Part shown: positions 1 through 10,383 of the stretch, one piece after another
How positions within the stretch are numbered: position 1 is the first letter of the stretch
Layout of the letters: each line of letters starts with the position of its first letter
IMG/VR virus record: IMGVR_UViG_648276649_000003
Reading direction: 5' to 3' (one strand)
Length of the DNA: 24,165 nt
From: a virus
Taxonomy: Duplodnaviria > Heunggongvirae > Uroviricota > Caudoviricetes
The notes under the pieces: model-generated
What the model was told of the DNA's origin: nothing
What the model saw: the letters and a program-made list of their open reading frames with translations, nothing else
Database searches by the model: none
Translations under genes and position numbers: made by a program

Positions 1-193
1 ATGTGTCTCAGTTTTGTCCCACCTTGTATTACGACTTGCATAGCCAATGAAGATAAACGTGACGACAAACGGCGCAGCAGTCTTCTTTTCCTTCATACTT
101 TCCCCACCCAGCATGCATACCTTTATGCCATAACTGAAGTTTATGTCTGTTATGAGCAAGAAGCGGAAGTTGGCAGTTTTGTGGACTGTCCCC

Positions 194-201
194 ACAAAAG
201 T
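194..201. repeat. Target-site duplication, left copy (ACAAAAGT) of the IS66-family insertion
   Basis: Identical 8-mer ACAAAAGT lies immediately outside both IS ends (194-201 and 2901-2908); 8 bp is the TSD length typical of the IS66 family. Confidence 0.75.
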
Positions 202-254
202 GTAACCGGCTCATTTAAACCGTCTGGTCTGTTTCCTCCGGCTCTACAAAAATA

Positions 255-932
255 ATGTCCATCATTTTTAATGGACACTATCGTATGAAACACCGGACCT
301 GGATCACTGAAGCTTTACGTCTTCACTTTGAAGAACATTTACCCCGGGTTGTGGCCGGGCGTCGCCTGGGTGTACCAAAATCAACAGTTTGTAGTATGTT
401 CGTGCGCTTTCGGAGAGCTGGCCTTTCGTGGCCTTTGCCCGCAGGCATGTCGGAGCAGGAACTTGATGCCTGCCTTTACGGACAATTTTCCACGGTACCA
501 GTCGTACGTCCTGAAAGCACCGTTATATCCGAAGCCCCCATGGTAAAAAAACGTCCCCGGCGGCCCAACTTCCCTTATGAGTTTAAAATCGCCTTAGTGG
601 AGCAGTCACTGCAGCCCGGAGCCTGTGTGGCGCAGATCGCCCGGGAAAACGGAATCAACGATAACCTGCTCTTCAACTGGCGCCATCAATACCGGAAAGG
701 TGGCCTGCTGCCTTCCGGAAAAAATATGCCGGCACTGCTTCCCGTGACGTTAACGCCGGAGCCGGATAATAAAATCCCGGCCCCCGCACAGGAACCAGAG
801 CAGATAAATACACCGTCCGACAGTCTGTGTTGTGAGCTGGTTCTGCCGGCCGGAACTCTCAGGCTTAAAGGTAAACTGACGCCGGCGTTATTACAGACAC
901 TTATCCGCGAAATAAAAGGGAGCAGCCACTGA
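255..932 (+). CDS. IS66-family accessory protein (orf1, TnpA-like, HTH)
   Basis: First ORF of the IS66-type three-gene set; ATG start; stop overlaps the start of orf2 (932). Confidence 0.65.
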   Translation: MSIIFNGHYRMKHRTWITEALRLHFEEHLPRVVAGRRLGVPKSTVCSMFVRFRRAGLSWPLPAGMSEQELDACLYGQFSTVPVVRPESTVISEAPMVKKRPRRPNFPYEFKIALVEQSLQPGACVAQIARENGINDNLLFNWRHQYRKGGLLPSGKNMPALLPVTLTPEPDNKIPAPAQEPEQINTPSDSLCCELVLPAGTLRLKGKLTPALLQTLIREIKGSSH

Positions 933-1279
933 TGATATCTCTCCCTGCAGGTTCGCGTATCTGGCTGGTTGCAGGTATCACCGATATGCGAAATGGCTTT
1001 AACGGCCTGGCATCAAAAGTTCAGAACGTCCTGAAGGATGACCCGTTCTCCGGACACCTGTTCATCTTCCGCGGACGCCGGGGTGACCAGATAAAAGTGT
1101 TGTGGGCTGACAGTGACGGACTGTGCCTCTTCACCAAACGCCTGGAGCGGGGCCGCTTCGTCTGGCCAGTCACCCGTGACGGCAAGGTGCACCTTACTCC
1201 GGCTCAGTTATCCATGCTTCTTGAAGGTATCAACTGGAAGCACCCGAAACGAACGGAACGCGCTGGAATCCGCATATAA
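932..1279 (+). CDS. IS66-family Orf2 (TnpB-like) protein
   Basis: 115-aa product with the characteristic MISLPAG...IWLVAGITDMR...GL N-terminus of IS66 Orf2; translationally coupled to orf1. Confidence 0.85.
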   Translation: MISLPAGSRIWLVAGITDMRNGFNGLASKVQNVLKDDPFSGHLFIFRGRRGDQIKVLWADSDGLCLFTKRLERGRFVWPVTRDGKVHLTPAQLSMLLEGINWKHPKRTERAGIRI

Positions 1280-1298
1280 CCCGTTGTAAAGTGAGGAT

Positions 1299-2870
1299 AT
1301 GGACACCTCACTTGCTCATGAGAACGCCCGCCTGCGGGCACTGTTGCAGACGCAACAGGACACCATCCGCCAGATGGCTGAATACAACCGCCTGCTCTCA
1401 CAGCGGGTGGCGGCTTATGCTTCCGAAATCAACCGGCTGAAGGCGCTGGTTGCGAAACTGCAACGTATGCAGTTCGGTAAAAGCTCAGAAAAACTTCGTG
1501 CAAAAACCGAACGGCAGATACAGGAAGCACAGGAGCGAATCAGCGCACTTCAGGAAGAAATGGCGGAAACGCTGGGTGAGCAATATGACCCGGTACTGCC
1601 ATCCGCCCTGCGCCAGTCTTCAGCCCGTAAACCGTTACCGGCCTCACTTCCCCGTGAAACCCGGGTTATCCGGCCGGAAGAGGAATGCTGTCCTGCCTGT
1701 GGTGGTGAACTCAGTTCTCTGGGATGTGATGTGTCAGAGCAACTGGAGCTTATCAGCAGCGCCTTTAAGGTTATCGAAACACAACGTCCGAAACAGGCCT
1801 GTTGCCGGTGCGACCATATCGTGCAGGCACCAGTACCTTCAAAACCCATTGCACGCAGTTATGCCGGAGCGGGGCTTCTGGCCCATGTTGTCACCGGGAA
1901 ATATGCAGACCATCTGCCGTTATACCGCCAGTCAGAAATATACCGTCGTCAGGGAGTGGAGCTGAGCCGTGCCACACTGGGGCGCTGGACAGGTGCTGTT
2001 GCTGAACTGCTGGAGCCGCTGTATGACGTCCTGCGCCAGTATGTGCTGATGCCCGGTAAAGTCCATGCTGATGATATCCCCGTCCCGGTCCAGGAGCCGG
2101 GCAGCGGTAAAACCCGGACAGCCCGGCTGTGGGTCTACGTCCGTGATGACCGTAACGCCGGTTCACAGATGCCCCCGGCGGTCTGGTTCGCGTACAGTCC
2201 GGACCGGAAAGGTATCCATCCACAAAATCACCTGGCCGGTTACAGCGGTGTGCTTCAGGCCGATGCTTACGGTGGTTACCGGGCGTTATACGAATCCGGC
2301 AGAATAACGGAAGCCGCGTGTATGGCTCATGCCCGGAGAAAAATCCACGATGTGCATGCAAGAGCGCCCACCTACATCACCACGGAAGCCCTGCAGCGTA
2401 TCGGTGAACTGTATGCCATCGAGGCAGAGGTCCGGGGCTGTTCAGCAGAACAGCGTCTGGCGGCAAGAAAAGCCAGAGCCGCGCCACTGATGCAGTCACT
2501 GTATGACTGGATACAGCAACAGATGAAAACACTGTCGCGTCACTCAGATACGGCAAAAGCGTTCGCATACCTGCTGAAACAGTGGGATGCACTGAACGTG
2601 TACTGCAGTAATGGCTGGGTGGAAATCGACAACAACATCGCAGAGAACGCCTTACGGGGAGTGGCCGTAGGCCGGAAAAACTGGATGTTCGCGGGTTCCG
2701 ACAGCGGTGGTGAACATGCGGCGGTGTTGTACTCGCTGATCGGCACATGCCGTCTGAACAATGTGGAGCCAGAAAAGTGGCTGCGTTACGTCATTGAACA
2801 TATCCAGGACTGGCCGGCAAACCGGGTACGCGATCTGTTGCCCTGGAAAGTTGATCTGAGCTCTCAGTAA
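1299..2870 (+). CDS. IS66-family transposase (TnpC)
   Basis: 523-aa product with N-terminal coiled-coil/leucine-zipper region, CxxC...CxxC zinc-finger motif (CPACGG...CCRCDH) and conserved C-terminal core of IS66 transposases. Confidence 0.9.
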   Translation: MDTSLAHENARLRALLQTQQDTIRQMAEYNRLLSQRVAAYASEINRLKALVAKLQRMQFGKSSEKLRAKTERQIQEAQERISALQEEMAETLGEQYDPVLPSALRQSSARKPLPASLPRETRVIRPEEECCPACGGELSSLGCDVSEQLELISSAFKVIETQRPKQACCRCDHIVQAPVPSKPIARSYAGAGLLAHVVTGKYADHLPLYRQSEIYRRQGVELSRATLGRWTGAVAELLEPLYDVLRQYVLMPGKVHADDIPVPVQEPGSGKTRTARLWVYVRDDRNAGSQMPPAVWFAYSPDRKGIHPQNHLAGYSGVLQADAYGGYRALYESGRITEAACMAHARRKIHDVHARAPTYITTEALQRIGELYAIEAEVRGCSAEQRLAARKARAAPLMQSLYDWIQQQMKTLSRHSDTAKAFAYLLKQWDALNVYCSNGWVEIDNNIAENALRGVAVGRKNWMFAGSDSGGEHAAVLYSLIGTCRLNNVEPEKWLRYVIEHIQDWPANRVRDLLPWKVDLSSQ

Positions 2871-2900
2871 ATATCAATACGGTTCTGACGAGTCGCTTAC

Positions 2901-2908
2901 ACAAAAGT
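2901..2908. repeat. Target-site duplication, right copy (ACAAAAGT)
   Basis: Exact direct repeat of 194-201 immediately after the right IS end. Confidence 0.75.
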
Positions 2909-3109
2909 GACTACAGAAATAGTTGCAATTCATAATTGATCATGGGTTGTCAGTTAAACTCGTGGCGATTTAAATAGACTAATTGGGAGTGCGTCCATTA
3001 CTTATATCTTGTAATGTTAACTATCAGAAATGATACAAAGATAATATGTCTTTAAAGAAAAGGCTGATGGCGAAAAGTGGCCCGATGAGGGCCACAATAC
3101 GGCTGTCAC

Positions 3110-3442
3110 TTAGACGTAAATATCAATGGTGCCAGCGGTATTTGTATCGTCTTTTTTCTCTTCTTTTTTATCAGGCTGAACTGTCGCGTCTTCATTCTTT
3201 TTCTCTGCCTGCTGCCTTAACAACTGCTCCAGTTGAGCCCTGAGGCTTTCAATTTGCTTCTGTACCAATGCAGCCATTTCTTTTTTCTGCTGTGTCGTCA
3301 TCCCCTCTTCCGATGAGATTTTCCCAAGCTTTTCAGTCAGCACCTGAATTTGTCTTGTGATTTTGGCTATTTCTGATGTTCCTTCCGGGGCGGAGTTGTT
3401 TGAAATAACGGTTGAGGTATTTCCCTGAATTGTGACAGACAT
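3110..3442 (-). CDS. FlxA-like protein (110 aa, Q/K/E-rich coiled-coil)
   Basis: Translation MSVTIQGNTSTVISNNSAPEGTSEIAKITRQIQVLTEKL... matches my recollection of the FlxA-like family from E. coli prophages; the plus-strand sequence downstream of the ATG (rc of 3443-3456) reads AAAGGAGAAATCTATG, giving a Shine-Dalgarno-like AAGGAG. Confidence 0.55.
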   Translation of the reverse strand: MSVTIQGNTSTVISNNSAPEGTSEIAKITRQIQVLTEKLGKISSEEGMTTQQKKEMAALVQKQIESLRAQLEQLLRQQAEKKNEDATVQPDKKEEKKDDTNTAGTIDIYV

Positions 3443-3620
3443 AGATTTCTCCTTTTAAAAAAGCACTATCGACATGCACAAAAAAATCTTTAATCGTATT
3501 TCTTGTGTCATTAATTGTTTGATGTTCAGATTGTTTTCCTCGCGGGCTGGCGCGCCTCAGAAAGTAAAGCTTGTTGACAGGGGTAAACGTTCGGCAATAA
3601 TTTTCTGCCGCATGCGGGTG

Positions 3621-3640
3621 TTGCATAAAACGTGCTACGT
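3621..3640 (+). repeat. Hairpin-repeat copy A (partial): TTGCATAAAACGTGCTACGT
   Basis: Shares the core TTGCATA-NN-ACGTG(G)CTACG with copies B and C; lacks the 5' stem arm. Confidence 0.5.
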
Positions 3641-3998
3641 TCCTTTATCGACAGGTCAGGTCACCGCTCACCCGCCGACGAGAAAGCAACACTGACATGC
3701 TAAAGCAAAAAATAGATGAATAAGTTGAGTTGTGCATATGTAGCCTGACCGTCACAAAGTATATGGTGTCTGTACCAGTAAGATGATGGCCGGACTCTTT
3801 AAAAACGAGCTGACCTGCACAATACAGGATGGACTTAGCAATGGCTGCTCCTGGCACATAGCAGACCAGAGACACTGGCGTAAAGCCATGGAGGATCGGT
3901 GGGAGGAGGTAAAAATCCTCTCATGCAAAAAATACGCAAAATCGATAACAGTTGGAAATCATTCAATACTCGCACTATCGGAAGTTCACCAGCCAGTC

Positions 3999-4044
3999 GT
4001 AGCACGTTCTTGCATATGACGTGGCTACGGGTTTCGAGACCGAC
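3999..4044 (+). repeat. Hairpin-repeat copy B: GTAGCACGT-TCTTGCATATG-ACGTGGCTAC followed by GGGTTTC
   Basis: Imperfect palindrome (about 9-bp stem, 11-nt loop); about 33 of 36 positions identical to copy C in the same orientation; sits upstream of the GIY-YIG gene. Confidence 0.55.
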
Positions 4045-4125
4045 CCGATCATCAAACGAAACATAAAATTAGCTCACATTATGAGGAAAGGTATCTTTTT
4101 GCGCTATGTAAATTCAAAGGGTTAG

Positions 4126-4995
<870 letters not shown>

Positions 4996-5020
4996 GTCTT
5001 TAAGTGATAAGCATAAACCG

Positions 5021-5070
5021 CAGCACGATCTTGCATACGACGTGCTACGGTTTCATTTATCTCCGACCGG
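5021..5070 (+). repeat. Hairpin-repeat copy C: AGCACGATCTTGCATACGACGTGCTACGGTTTC
   Basis: Lies between the convergent stops of the GIY-YIG gene (4995) and pin (5053); palindromic stem AGCACG/CGTGCT with conserved loop TCTTGCATA; T-rich after the stem, so a possible bidirectional terminator. Confidence 0.55.
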
Positions 5071-5607
5071 AAACTTCTTATACAGTGTCGATATACCAAC
5101 ATCATAGATGATCGCCACCTTCTGGCGAGGAACGCCTGATGCAATTAATCGCCCGGCCTGCGCCCATTGTTCTGGTGTAAGTTTGGGACGACGTCCACCA
5201 ATTCGTCCCTGTGCGCGAGCAGCTTCCAGTCCAGCTTTTGTTCGTTCAACAATCAGTTCTCGTTCCATTTCAGCCAGGGCACCCATCACATGAAAGAAAA
5301 AACGCCCCATCGGTGTGCTGGTATCAATAGCATCCGTCAGGCTGCGAAAATTAACGCCACGTTCGCGCAACTCCTCAACCAGAATGACCAGATGCCGCAT
5401 ACTACGCCCTAGCCGATCCAGCTTCCAGACAACCAGAGTGTCACCTGCCGATAATGTCCTGAGCAGTTTTTTCAGTCCCGGCCTTTCGGACTTTGTACCG
5501 CTTATCTTGTCTTCAAAAATCAGCTCGCATCCTGCACAGTTCAGCGCATTACGTTGTAGATCTGTGTTCTGGTCATTTGTTGACACACGTACATAGCCAA
5601 TAAGCAT
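5053..5607 (-). CDS. pin: Serine-recombinase DNA invertase (Pin/Gin/Hin family)
   Basis: MLIGYVRVSTNDQ catalytic-serine N-terminus, resolvase core and C-terminal HTH. Start taken at the MLIGY methionine (5607) rather than the upstream in-frame ATG at 5643. Immediately adjacent to an invertible segment. Confidence 0.85.
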   Translation of the reverse strand: MLIGYVRVSTNDQNTDLQRNALNCAGCELIFEDKISGTKSERPGLKKLLRTLSAGDTLVVWKLDRLGRSMRHLVILVEELRERGVNFRSLTDAIDTSTPMGRFFFHVMGALAEMERELIVERTKAGLEAARAQGRIGGRRPKLTPEQWAQAGRLIASGVPRQKVAIIYDVGISTLYKKFPVGDK

Positions 5608-5633
5608 GGTAGATCTCCCTGACAAAAGCAGGA

Positions 5634-6146
5634 ATGATGCCATTTGCTCGTTATTTCTGCATTTTCATAAACGTTGGTTTGGGAGAAGGTTCTGCATTGC
5701 CGGTTGGCGTCCCCATTCCGTGGCCGTCAGCAACGCCACCAAAGGGATGGCTTAAATGCAACGGAGCCGCGTTCACTGCCTCCCAGTACCCTAAACTGGC
5801 ACTAGCCTATCCAGACATGAAACTTCCAGACCTGCGGGGGGAGTTTATTCGTGGATGGGATGACGGACGCGGGGTTGATACTGGACGTTCGCTGCTTTCT
5901 GCGCAGGGAGGTACTTATATCGGGGTTGACTGGAAGAATGACACGCAGGCAACGGTAGTATTAGCAACAGCAACTGCTTATGACCTTAGCCCATTCCAAG
6001 GGGATAAATCACCATCCACAACTGCATTACAGTCTCAGACAATTACGGGTAGTACAGCGATGAATAAATTGAATGTTGACTCTGGCAACTCCATTGTTAG
6101 CCGTCCACGTAATATCGCATTTAATTATATTGTGAGGGCTGCATAA
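5634..6146 (+). CDS. Silent alternative tail-fibre C-terminal cassette, expressed only after inversion
   Basis: Begins inside the crossover site; its ...GLGEG-SALPVGVPIPWPSATPPKGW... continues in frame from the GLGEG encoded at the other crossover site in the expressed fibre gene; no independent N-terminal constant region. Confidence 0.6.
   Translation: MMPFARYFCIFINVGLGEGSALPVGVPIPWPSATPPKGWLKCNGAAFTASQYPKLALAYPDMKLPDLRGEFIRGWDDGRGVDTGRSLLSAQGGTYIGVDWKNDTQATVVLATATAYDLSPFQGDKSPSTTALQSQTITGSTAMNKLNVDSGNSIVSRPRNIAFNYIVRAA
5665..5688. repeat. Left inversion crossover site (Hin/Gin/Pin type): TTCATAAACG-TT-GGTTTGGGAGAA
   Basis: Dyad-symmetric site; its 13-bp core TTGGTTTGGGAGA recurs inverted at 7486-7498; about 67 bp from the pin start. 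Confidence 0.7.
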
Positions 6147-6751
6147 TGACTAAAGCGATACTGAATAATAATGGTATTTCCACGAAATCAGGTGATATTA
6201 CTGTTTACAATTATGATTGTGAGACGCGCGAATATCTTTCTTCAACGGTTGAATACTTACCCGTTGGTGTCGGCATTCCTGCGAATTCATGCACTGACGC
6301 ACCTGGCGAAAGCAAAGACGGATTTGCTATTTGTCGAACAGCAGACCTTACATCATGGATATACATTATCGACAAAAGAGGCCAAACCGTTTATAGCACA
6401 GAGACGATGCAACAAGTTCAAGTAACGACACTTGGCGATTATCCCACTCATACAACACCCATTGCCCCTACATCATTATATGATAAATGGAATGGGGAAC
6501 AGTGGGTAACAGATGTAGAAGCTCAGCACGCAGCCAATGTCGCTACTGCCGAAGGAGAAAAGCTGTCGAGAACTGACCAGGCCAATGACTATATGAACAA
6601 AAAGCAATGGCCCGGCAAGGCCGCATTAGGACGATTGACAGAGACAGAAAAAGAGCAATATAACCTATGGCTGGATTATCTCGATGCGCTGGAATCTGTG
6701 GACATATCCAGCGCACCAGATATCAACTGGCCTGAGTCGCCGGAGGAGTAG
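6146..6751 (+). CDS. Tail-fibre assembly protein (Tfa/U-like), silent orientation
   Basis: Start overlaps the stop of the preceding cassette (ATGA coupling); C-terminal tail-fibre-assembly domain features. Confidence 0.75.
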   Translation: MTKAILNNNGISTKSGDITVYNYDCETREYLSSTVEYLPVGVGIPANSCTDAPGESKDGFAICRTADLTSWIYIIDKRGQTVYSTETMQQVQVTTLGDYPTHTTPIAPTSLYDKWNGEQWVTDVEAQHAANVATAEGEKLSRTDQANDYMNKKQWPGKAALGRLTETEKEQYNLWLDYLDALESVDISSAPDINWPESPEE

Positions 6752-7154
6752 GCCAGTCCGGGTCTGCTGTATCAACTCGCATCAGCAGCACCCGGTATTT
6801 TTTCCATTCGGCTAATGAAACAGTTTCTTCTTCCGTCGCGATCCCCGCATCAACGGCGTCCTGCCGCCATTCTATTTCAGAGTCAGCTGAAGCACGCAGT
6901 CGCGATTTTTCGGCTTCTGCCAACGCAATAATTTCCTCTTCAGTTGGTTCGGGAATATCTATCCATTCAGGTAAACCATCAGAATTAGGAGCGCGTAATT
7001 TTCCGTTAGGTGTTTCTCCGGCAAACTCAACGAATACGGAATAGTCTACTTCAACGGCATCGTCAGGCCAGCTACCTGCATTTTCATAAATACTTTTTAG
7101 CTCATCAGCGTAGAACGCATTTTCTTTTGCAGAATAAAACATATTAATCACCAT
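6723..7154 (-). CDS. Tail-fibre assembly protein (Tfa), expressed orientation
   Basis: Immediately downstream of, and overlapping, the tail-fibre gene on the - strand; acidic Tfa-like sequence. Confidence 0.75.
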   Translation of the reverse strand: MVINMFYSAKENAFYADELKSIYENAGSWPDDAVEVDYSVFVEFAGETPNGKLRAPNSDGLPEWIDIPEPTEEEIIALAEAEKSRLRASADSEIEWRQDAVDAGIATEEETVSLAEWKKYRVLLMRVDTADPDWPTPPATQAS

Positions 7155-7786
7155 CCAATCGCGAAAACTCTAAAGCCACCGTAGCCAGCACATGTAATCT
7201 GAGTTCTTGTTACCGTCGTATAGTATGATCGGCCCACCGCTAAGCTATATGCGGCTGTAGAACTCAAATCAACTGCCCCAGTTGATACATCACTAAATAA
7301 CGGAATCATGCACTCATTTGGGAATGCAATAGGGAAATTCGCAGTTACTGGTGTCACATAATCAGTTGTAGCAGCACCAAACCACTGCAATATGATCACC
7401 CGTTCTTTCCCGGCGACCATTGCCGGGATAGTCATATAGCCTGTAGAGCCGGTCACACACACCGCTGCGCCTAATTTTGCTCCCTCTCCCAAACCAAGGT
7501 TTTCGAGAGCCGTTTTCACCGTGCCATCCGATTTGATATCGCCAAACGGATTCTTGCGGCTTAACAGCAGCGCACGAAGCGCTGTAAGTAGCTGGTCATG
7601 CCGCCCCTTCTCCAGGCTGGCACCGGATGCCTCCACAACACTGCAAAGTTCCTCCTGCAACATGTCAAAGTAGTCATCATCCAGATCGGTGGCAGGTGTG
7701 CCGGTCTGGGGGTTACCACGGGTAAAACCGTTCTTACCCGCGCCGAACTTATCCTTCTGCGCGGTTTTCGTATCTATACGATGCAT
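7148..7786 (-). CDS. Side tail-fibre protein (constant N-terminus plus currently expressed variable C-terminus)
   Basis: N-terminus [29 protein letters not shown] is typical of Stf-type fibres; the crossover site falls at about codon 96-102 (NLGLGEG). Confidence 0.75.
   Translation of the reverse strand: MHRIDTKTAQKDKFGAGKNGFTRGNPQTGTPATDLDDDYFDMLQEELCSVVEASGASLEKGRHDQLLTALRALLLSRKNPFGDIKSDGTVKTALENLGLGEGAKLGAAVCVTGSTGYMTIPAMVAGKERVIILQWFGAATTDYVTPVTANFPIAFPNECMIPLFSDVSTGAVDLSSTAAYSLAVGRSYYTTVTRTQITCAGYGGFRVFAIGW
7478..7503. repeat. Right inversion crossover site (inside the tail-fibre gene)
   Basis: Reverse complement reads TCGAAAACC-TT-GGTTTGGGAGAGG, matching the left site at about 21 of 23 positions. 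Confidence 0.7.
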
Positions 7787-7789
7787 GGA

Positions 7790-8374
7790 TTACTCCGGAT
7801 ATTTAAAAATTACGTAGGTATGCGACGGGCAGAGTTTGTTAAGCACACACTCGACAACGGTGTCGCCCCAGATACGCAGTGCGGAATCACAGGGATCGCC
7901 ACATGTCATCCAGGTGGTGTTGGTGTCGGCTGGCATGTTGACCTGCCAGTAATACCGCCATTCCGGCGCATTCACCGCGTCAGTACAGGCCGATGAGCAG
8001 GTGAACGTGCTTTTGTCGTATCGCGTGATGGTGGCGTCTGGTCTGCCCAGGGCAGCAAGCTGTGCAAGGTAAAAATCCTCATTGATGCCGCCCGCCAGGT
8101 TAACCTTCGCATCCAGTCGTTGCTGACGCTGGCGAAGGGTCTGTGTCCCTGCGGGAATACATTCATCCGGCAGGCCGCACAGACGCTCCCAGCGATTTAT
8201 CAGTTCGGTGGTGGTGCGCGGATCCAGCTCCCGCATCAGGGCATCCGCACGCTGATGAACGCGGGTTAATGACTGTGCCGCACCGGCAATCGCCGGATCG
8301 CTGGCTGACCACGCCGGACCGGGCGGCAGCAGTGCCGACAACAGACGGATGTAATCATCGTTTGTCACGTCCAT
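7790..8374 (-). CDS. Phage tail protein, Mu gp48 / e14 YmfQ-like (DUF2313-type)
   Basis: 194 aa, directly upstream of the tail-fibre gene in the conserved Mu-like order; sequence and length resemble e14 YmfQ as I recall it. Confidence 0.65.
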   Translation of the reverse strand: MDVTNDDYIRLLSALLPPGPAWSASDPAIAGAAQSLTRVHQRADALMRELDPRTTTELINRWERLCGLPDECIPAGTQTLRQRQQRLDAKVNLAGGINEDFYLAQLAALGRPDATITRYDKSTFTCSSACTDAVNAPEWRYYWQVNMPADTNTTWMTCGDPCDSALRIWGDTVVECVLNKLCPSHTYVIFKYPE

Positions 8375-9423
8375 GAAATCGTCCCCAGAACCGCCAGTTC
8401 ATTTTTTGCAATGGAGATATTGTCCGCCGGAGCAAGCAACTGATGGCTGTATTCCCCGTTCGCACCGGAAATCGCTTCACTGATACGCGATACCTTCAGC
8501 TCTCCCTGCGGATAACCATCACGCAGCAGGAATGAACGCAACTCTGCGGTAATGGCAGCCCGTATTTCCGGTGTGTCCGGCGTCACGCGGATATGAAAAT
8601 CCACCGTATGCGCCACCGGCCTGAACACATACAAATCAGAGCCTGCCACCGGGGCCAGTGGCTCAATGTGTTGTCTTGCCGCCGTTTCCGTTGATTCTTC
8701 CGGAATGGGATTAATCAGGTCACTGCTGGCAATCATCACACCGACAGTTCCCGTTCCCATCCAGTGACGGTATGTCCATGCGCGGGTAATGCCGGGCACT
8801 TCTTTAGCCCAGACGACATAGTCCCCGTCAGCCCCGCCCTGCGGCGTCCAGTAATACCGCTCAATGACGCGGGCGCGCCACGTTTCCAGATCTTCAGTAT
8901 CGAATCCGCCAGTCAGGGTATCTGCCACACCGGAAGACGGCAGACCATTCACCGGCGTGACCAGGATTAATGCCGTACCGTCGTCAGCGTTACCGACCGC
9001 GCCTGCAGTTGAGCAGGCGATCGGCACGCGCAGGACACCACCGGAGCTGGTTGCATCAGAAGTTGCCGTGTACTGAACCAGGTCATCGCGCTGAATAACA
9101 CTCCCGGCGGTCACCTTCAGGCCATCGCTGACACCTTCCCAGCGCATATACCCGCTGGCAGACGTGGCCCCCTTGCGCGGACACCGTTTCATCGCAGCAT
9201 GTCGCGCCAGCCAGGACTCATCGCACAGGTCAGGCAGCATGTTCATTGCCAGATAATCGATGTAACCGTAAACCGTATGCAGCGCCGCCGCATACACCTT
9301 TGCCCGCACGTCTTCATCCATGCGCCGGAGCGTGTCGCTGACGTCCAGCCTAGCGAATAAATCGTTACGGAGCATACTGATATTTTCTGCCAGCGTCGGG
9401 CGTTGAAATTCACTGTCCGCCAT
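8365..9423 (-). CDS. Baseplate J-like protein (Mu gp47 family)
   Basis: 352 aa; position and conserved baseplate-J-like sequence in the Mu-type baseplate block. Confidence 0.75.
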   Translation of the reverse strand: MADSEFQRPTLAENISMLRNDLFARLDVSDTLRRMDEDVRAKVYAAALHTVYGYIDYLAMNMLPDLCDESWLARHAAMKRCPRKGATSASGYMRWEGVSDGLKVTAGSVIQRDDLVQYTATSDATSSGGVLRVPIACSTAGAVGNADDGTALILVTPVNGLPSSGVADTLTGGFDTEDLETWRARVIERYYWTPQGGADGDYVVWAKEVPGITRAWTYRHWMGTGTVGVMIASSDLINPIPEESTETAARQHIEPLAPVAGSDLYVFRPVAHTVDFHIRVTPDTPEIRAAITAELRSFLLRDGYPQGELKVSRISEAISGANGEYSHQLLAPADNISIAKNELAVLGTISWT

Positions 9424-9838
9424 GCGTTATCGCACTCCACAGATCATCAAAAGAAATCATTACCGGTCCGTCACGACGCCAGAGGGTGATACTGTTACCC
9501 AGCTCATTAATCCCGGTGCGGCGGATATCCAGATCAATACGGGACACTACGCCGTCATCAATCATCCATTGCAGGCATTCGCGGATATATCCCCTTACCG
9601 TCTGCACCAGCTGATTGGTCAGTTTGCTGCGCTGAAGCAGCCACAGTCGGGAGCCGTAACGGTCATTCTGTACCGCAGGCCAGGTATCCCCCCACCATCC
9701 CATCGGGACGTCGGCATTGTCATCAGGTTCAGCCCGCCGCCAGGTGAACAGGGAAATCACCACGGCACGGGTCAGCGGATCCAGCGGTGCGCTGGCGCAG
9801 GTGCGTTTACCGTTCACCGTCAGCCACAGTTCCATCAT
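9410..9838 (-). CDS. Baseplate protein, Mu gp46-like
   Basis: 142 aa; synteny between baseplate V and baseplate J homologues; overlapping starts and stops. Confidence 0.6.
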   Translation of the reverse strand: MMELWLTVNGKRTCASAPLDPLTRAVVISLFTWRRAEPDDNADVPMGWWGDTWPAVQNDRYGSRLWLLQRSKLTNQLVQTVRGYIRECLQWMIDDGVVSRIDLDIRRTGINELGNSITLWRRDGPVMISFDDLWSAITHGGQ

Positions 9839-10383
9839 GCCTCCATCGCTTTATCAGGTTTGTCGGTGTTACTGCCCTGACCGTTCTCTCTGTGACGATG
9901 CCCGTTATAGGCAAGCCGCATCGCTGACATGGTGGTGCCGGTGGAGTCGCACAGGTCTTTCACCTGTCCGGTCACTTCCAGGTCCATTTCAAAACGAGCC
10001 TTAGGCGCATTGCGAAACGTGATCGTTTTACCTGCACCGTCCACCACGATCCCCTCCCGGGTCAGCGTCACGGACTGCCCCTGATCGTCATAGACAGCCA
10101 CCTCCCCCGTATGCAGCCCTTTCAGGCGGTAGCGCCGGTCCGACACCGTAACAACCACCGCATGAGAACGGTCGCCATCCGGAAACAACACCACCGCTTC
10201 CGCACCGCTGTTTGCCCTTGCGGTAAAACCGTAGGGTTCAAGATGTTCAACCCCGGCTTTGGGTTCACCGGCAATCAGGGACACATCCACGGTCTGACAT
10301 TTCGTGGCGGCACTGATGCTTTTCACCACTGCCCGCCCAATCAGGCCGAGAAGTTGTCGCTGCATGGCTTCAATCGTCCTCAT
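9835..10383 (-). CDS. Baseplate assembly protein V / spike (Mu gp45-like)
   Basis: 182 aa; gpV-like spike sequence; synteny. Confidence 0.65.
   Translation of the reverse strand: MRTIEAMQRQLLGLIGRAVVKSISAATKCQTVDVSLIAGEPKAGVEHLEPYGFTARANSGAEAVVLFPDGDRSHAVVVTVSDRRYRLKGLHTGEVAVYDDQGQSVTLTREGIVVDGAGKTITFRNAPKARFEMDLEVTGQVKDLCDSTGTTMSAMRLAYNGHRHRENGQGSNTDKPDKAMEA

Larger units (their letters stand above)
202..2900 (+). mobile_element. IS66-family insertion sequence (about 2.7 kb) with three ORFs and imperfect terminal inverted repeats
   Basis: Left end GTAACCGGCTC..., right end ...GAGTCGCTTAC (reverse complement GTAAGCGACTC), about 18 of 26 terminal positions match; three co-directional ORFs in the usual IS66 order; flanked by an 8-bp direct repeat. 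Confidence 0.8.
5665..7503. other. Invertible tail-fibre host-range segment (about 1.8 kb) carrying two opposed variable-fibre-end plus chaperone cassettes
   Basis: Bounded by inverted Hin-type sites; holds a promoterless alternative fibre C-terminus plus tfa on the + strand and the expressed fibre C-terminus plus tfa on the - strand. Confidence 0.75.

Noticed and set aside
1-255. ORFs 1..255(+) and 29..214(-) at the window start
   Set aside because: They span the IS66 left inverted repeat and target duplication (junction at 201/202) and cannot be native genes; the pre-insertion sequence (1-201 joined to 2901 onward) shows no convincing ORF.
1450-2361. ORFs 1450..1965(+), 1550..1849(-), 1802..2005(+), 1891..2361(-) and 2065..2307(+) nested in the IS66 transposase gene
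   Set aside because: They are alternative frames or antisense to a well-supported 523-aa transposase ORF and have Arg/Pro/Ser-rich low-complexity translations typical of out-of-frame reads of GC-rich coding DNA.
5634-5686. Independent start (MMPFARYF...) for the + strand tail-fibre cassette
   Set aside because: The first codons lie in the pin upstream region and crossover site; the cassette is better explained as a promoterless alternative C-terminus that is only expressed when inverted and fused to the constant fibre N-terminus.
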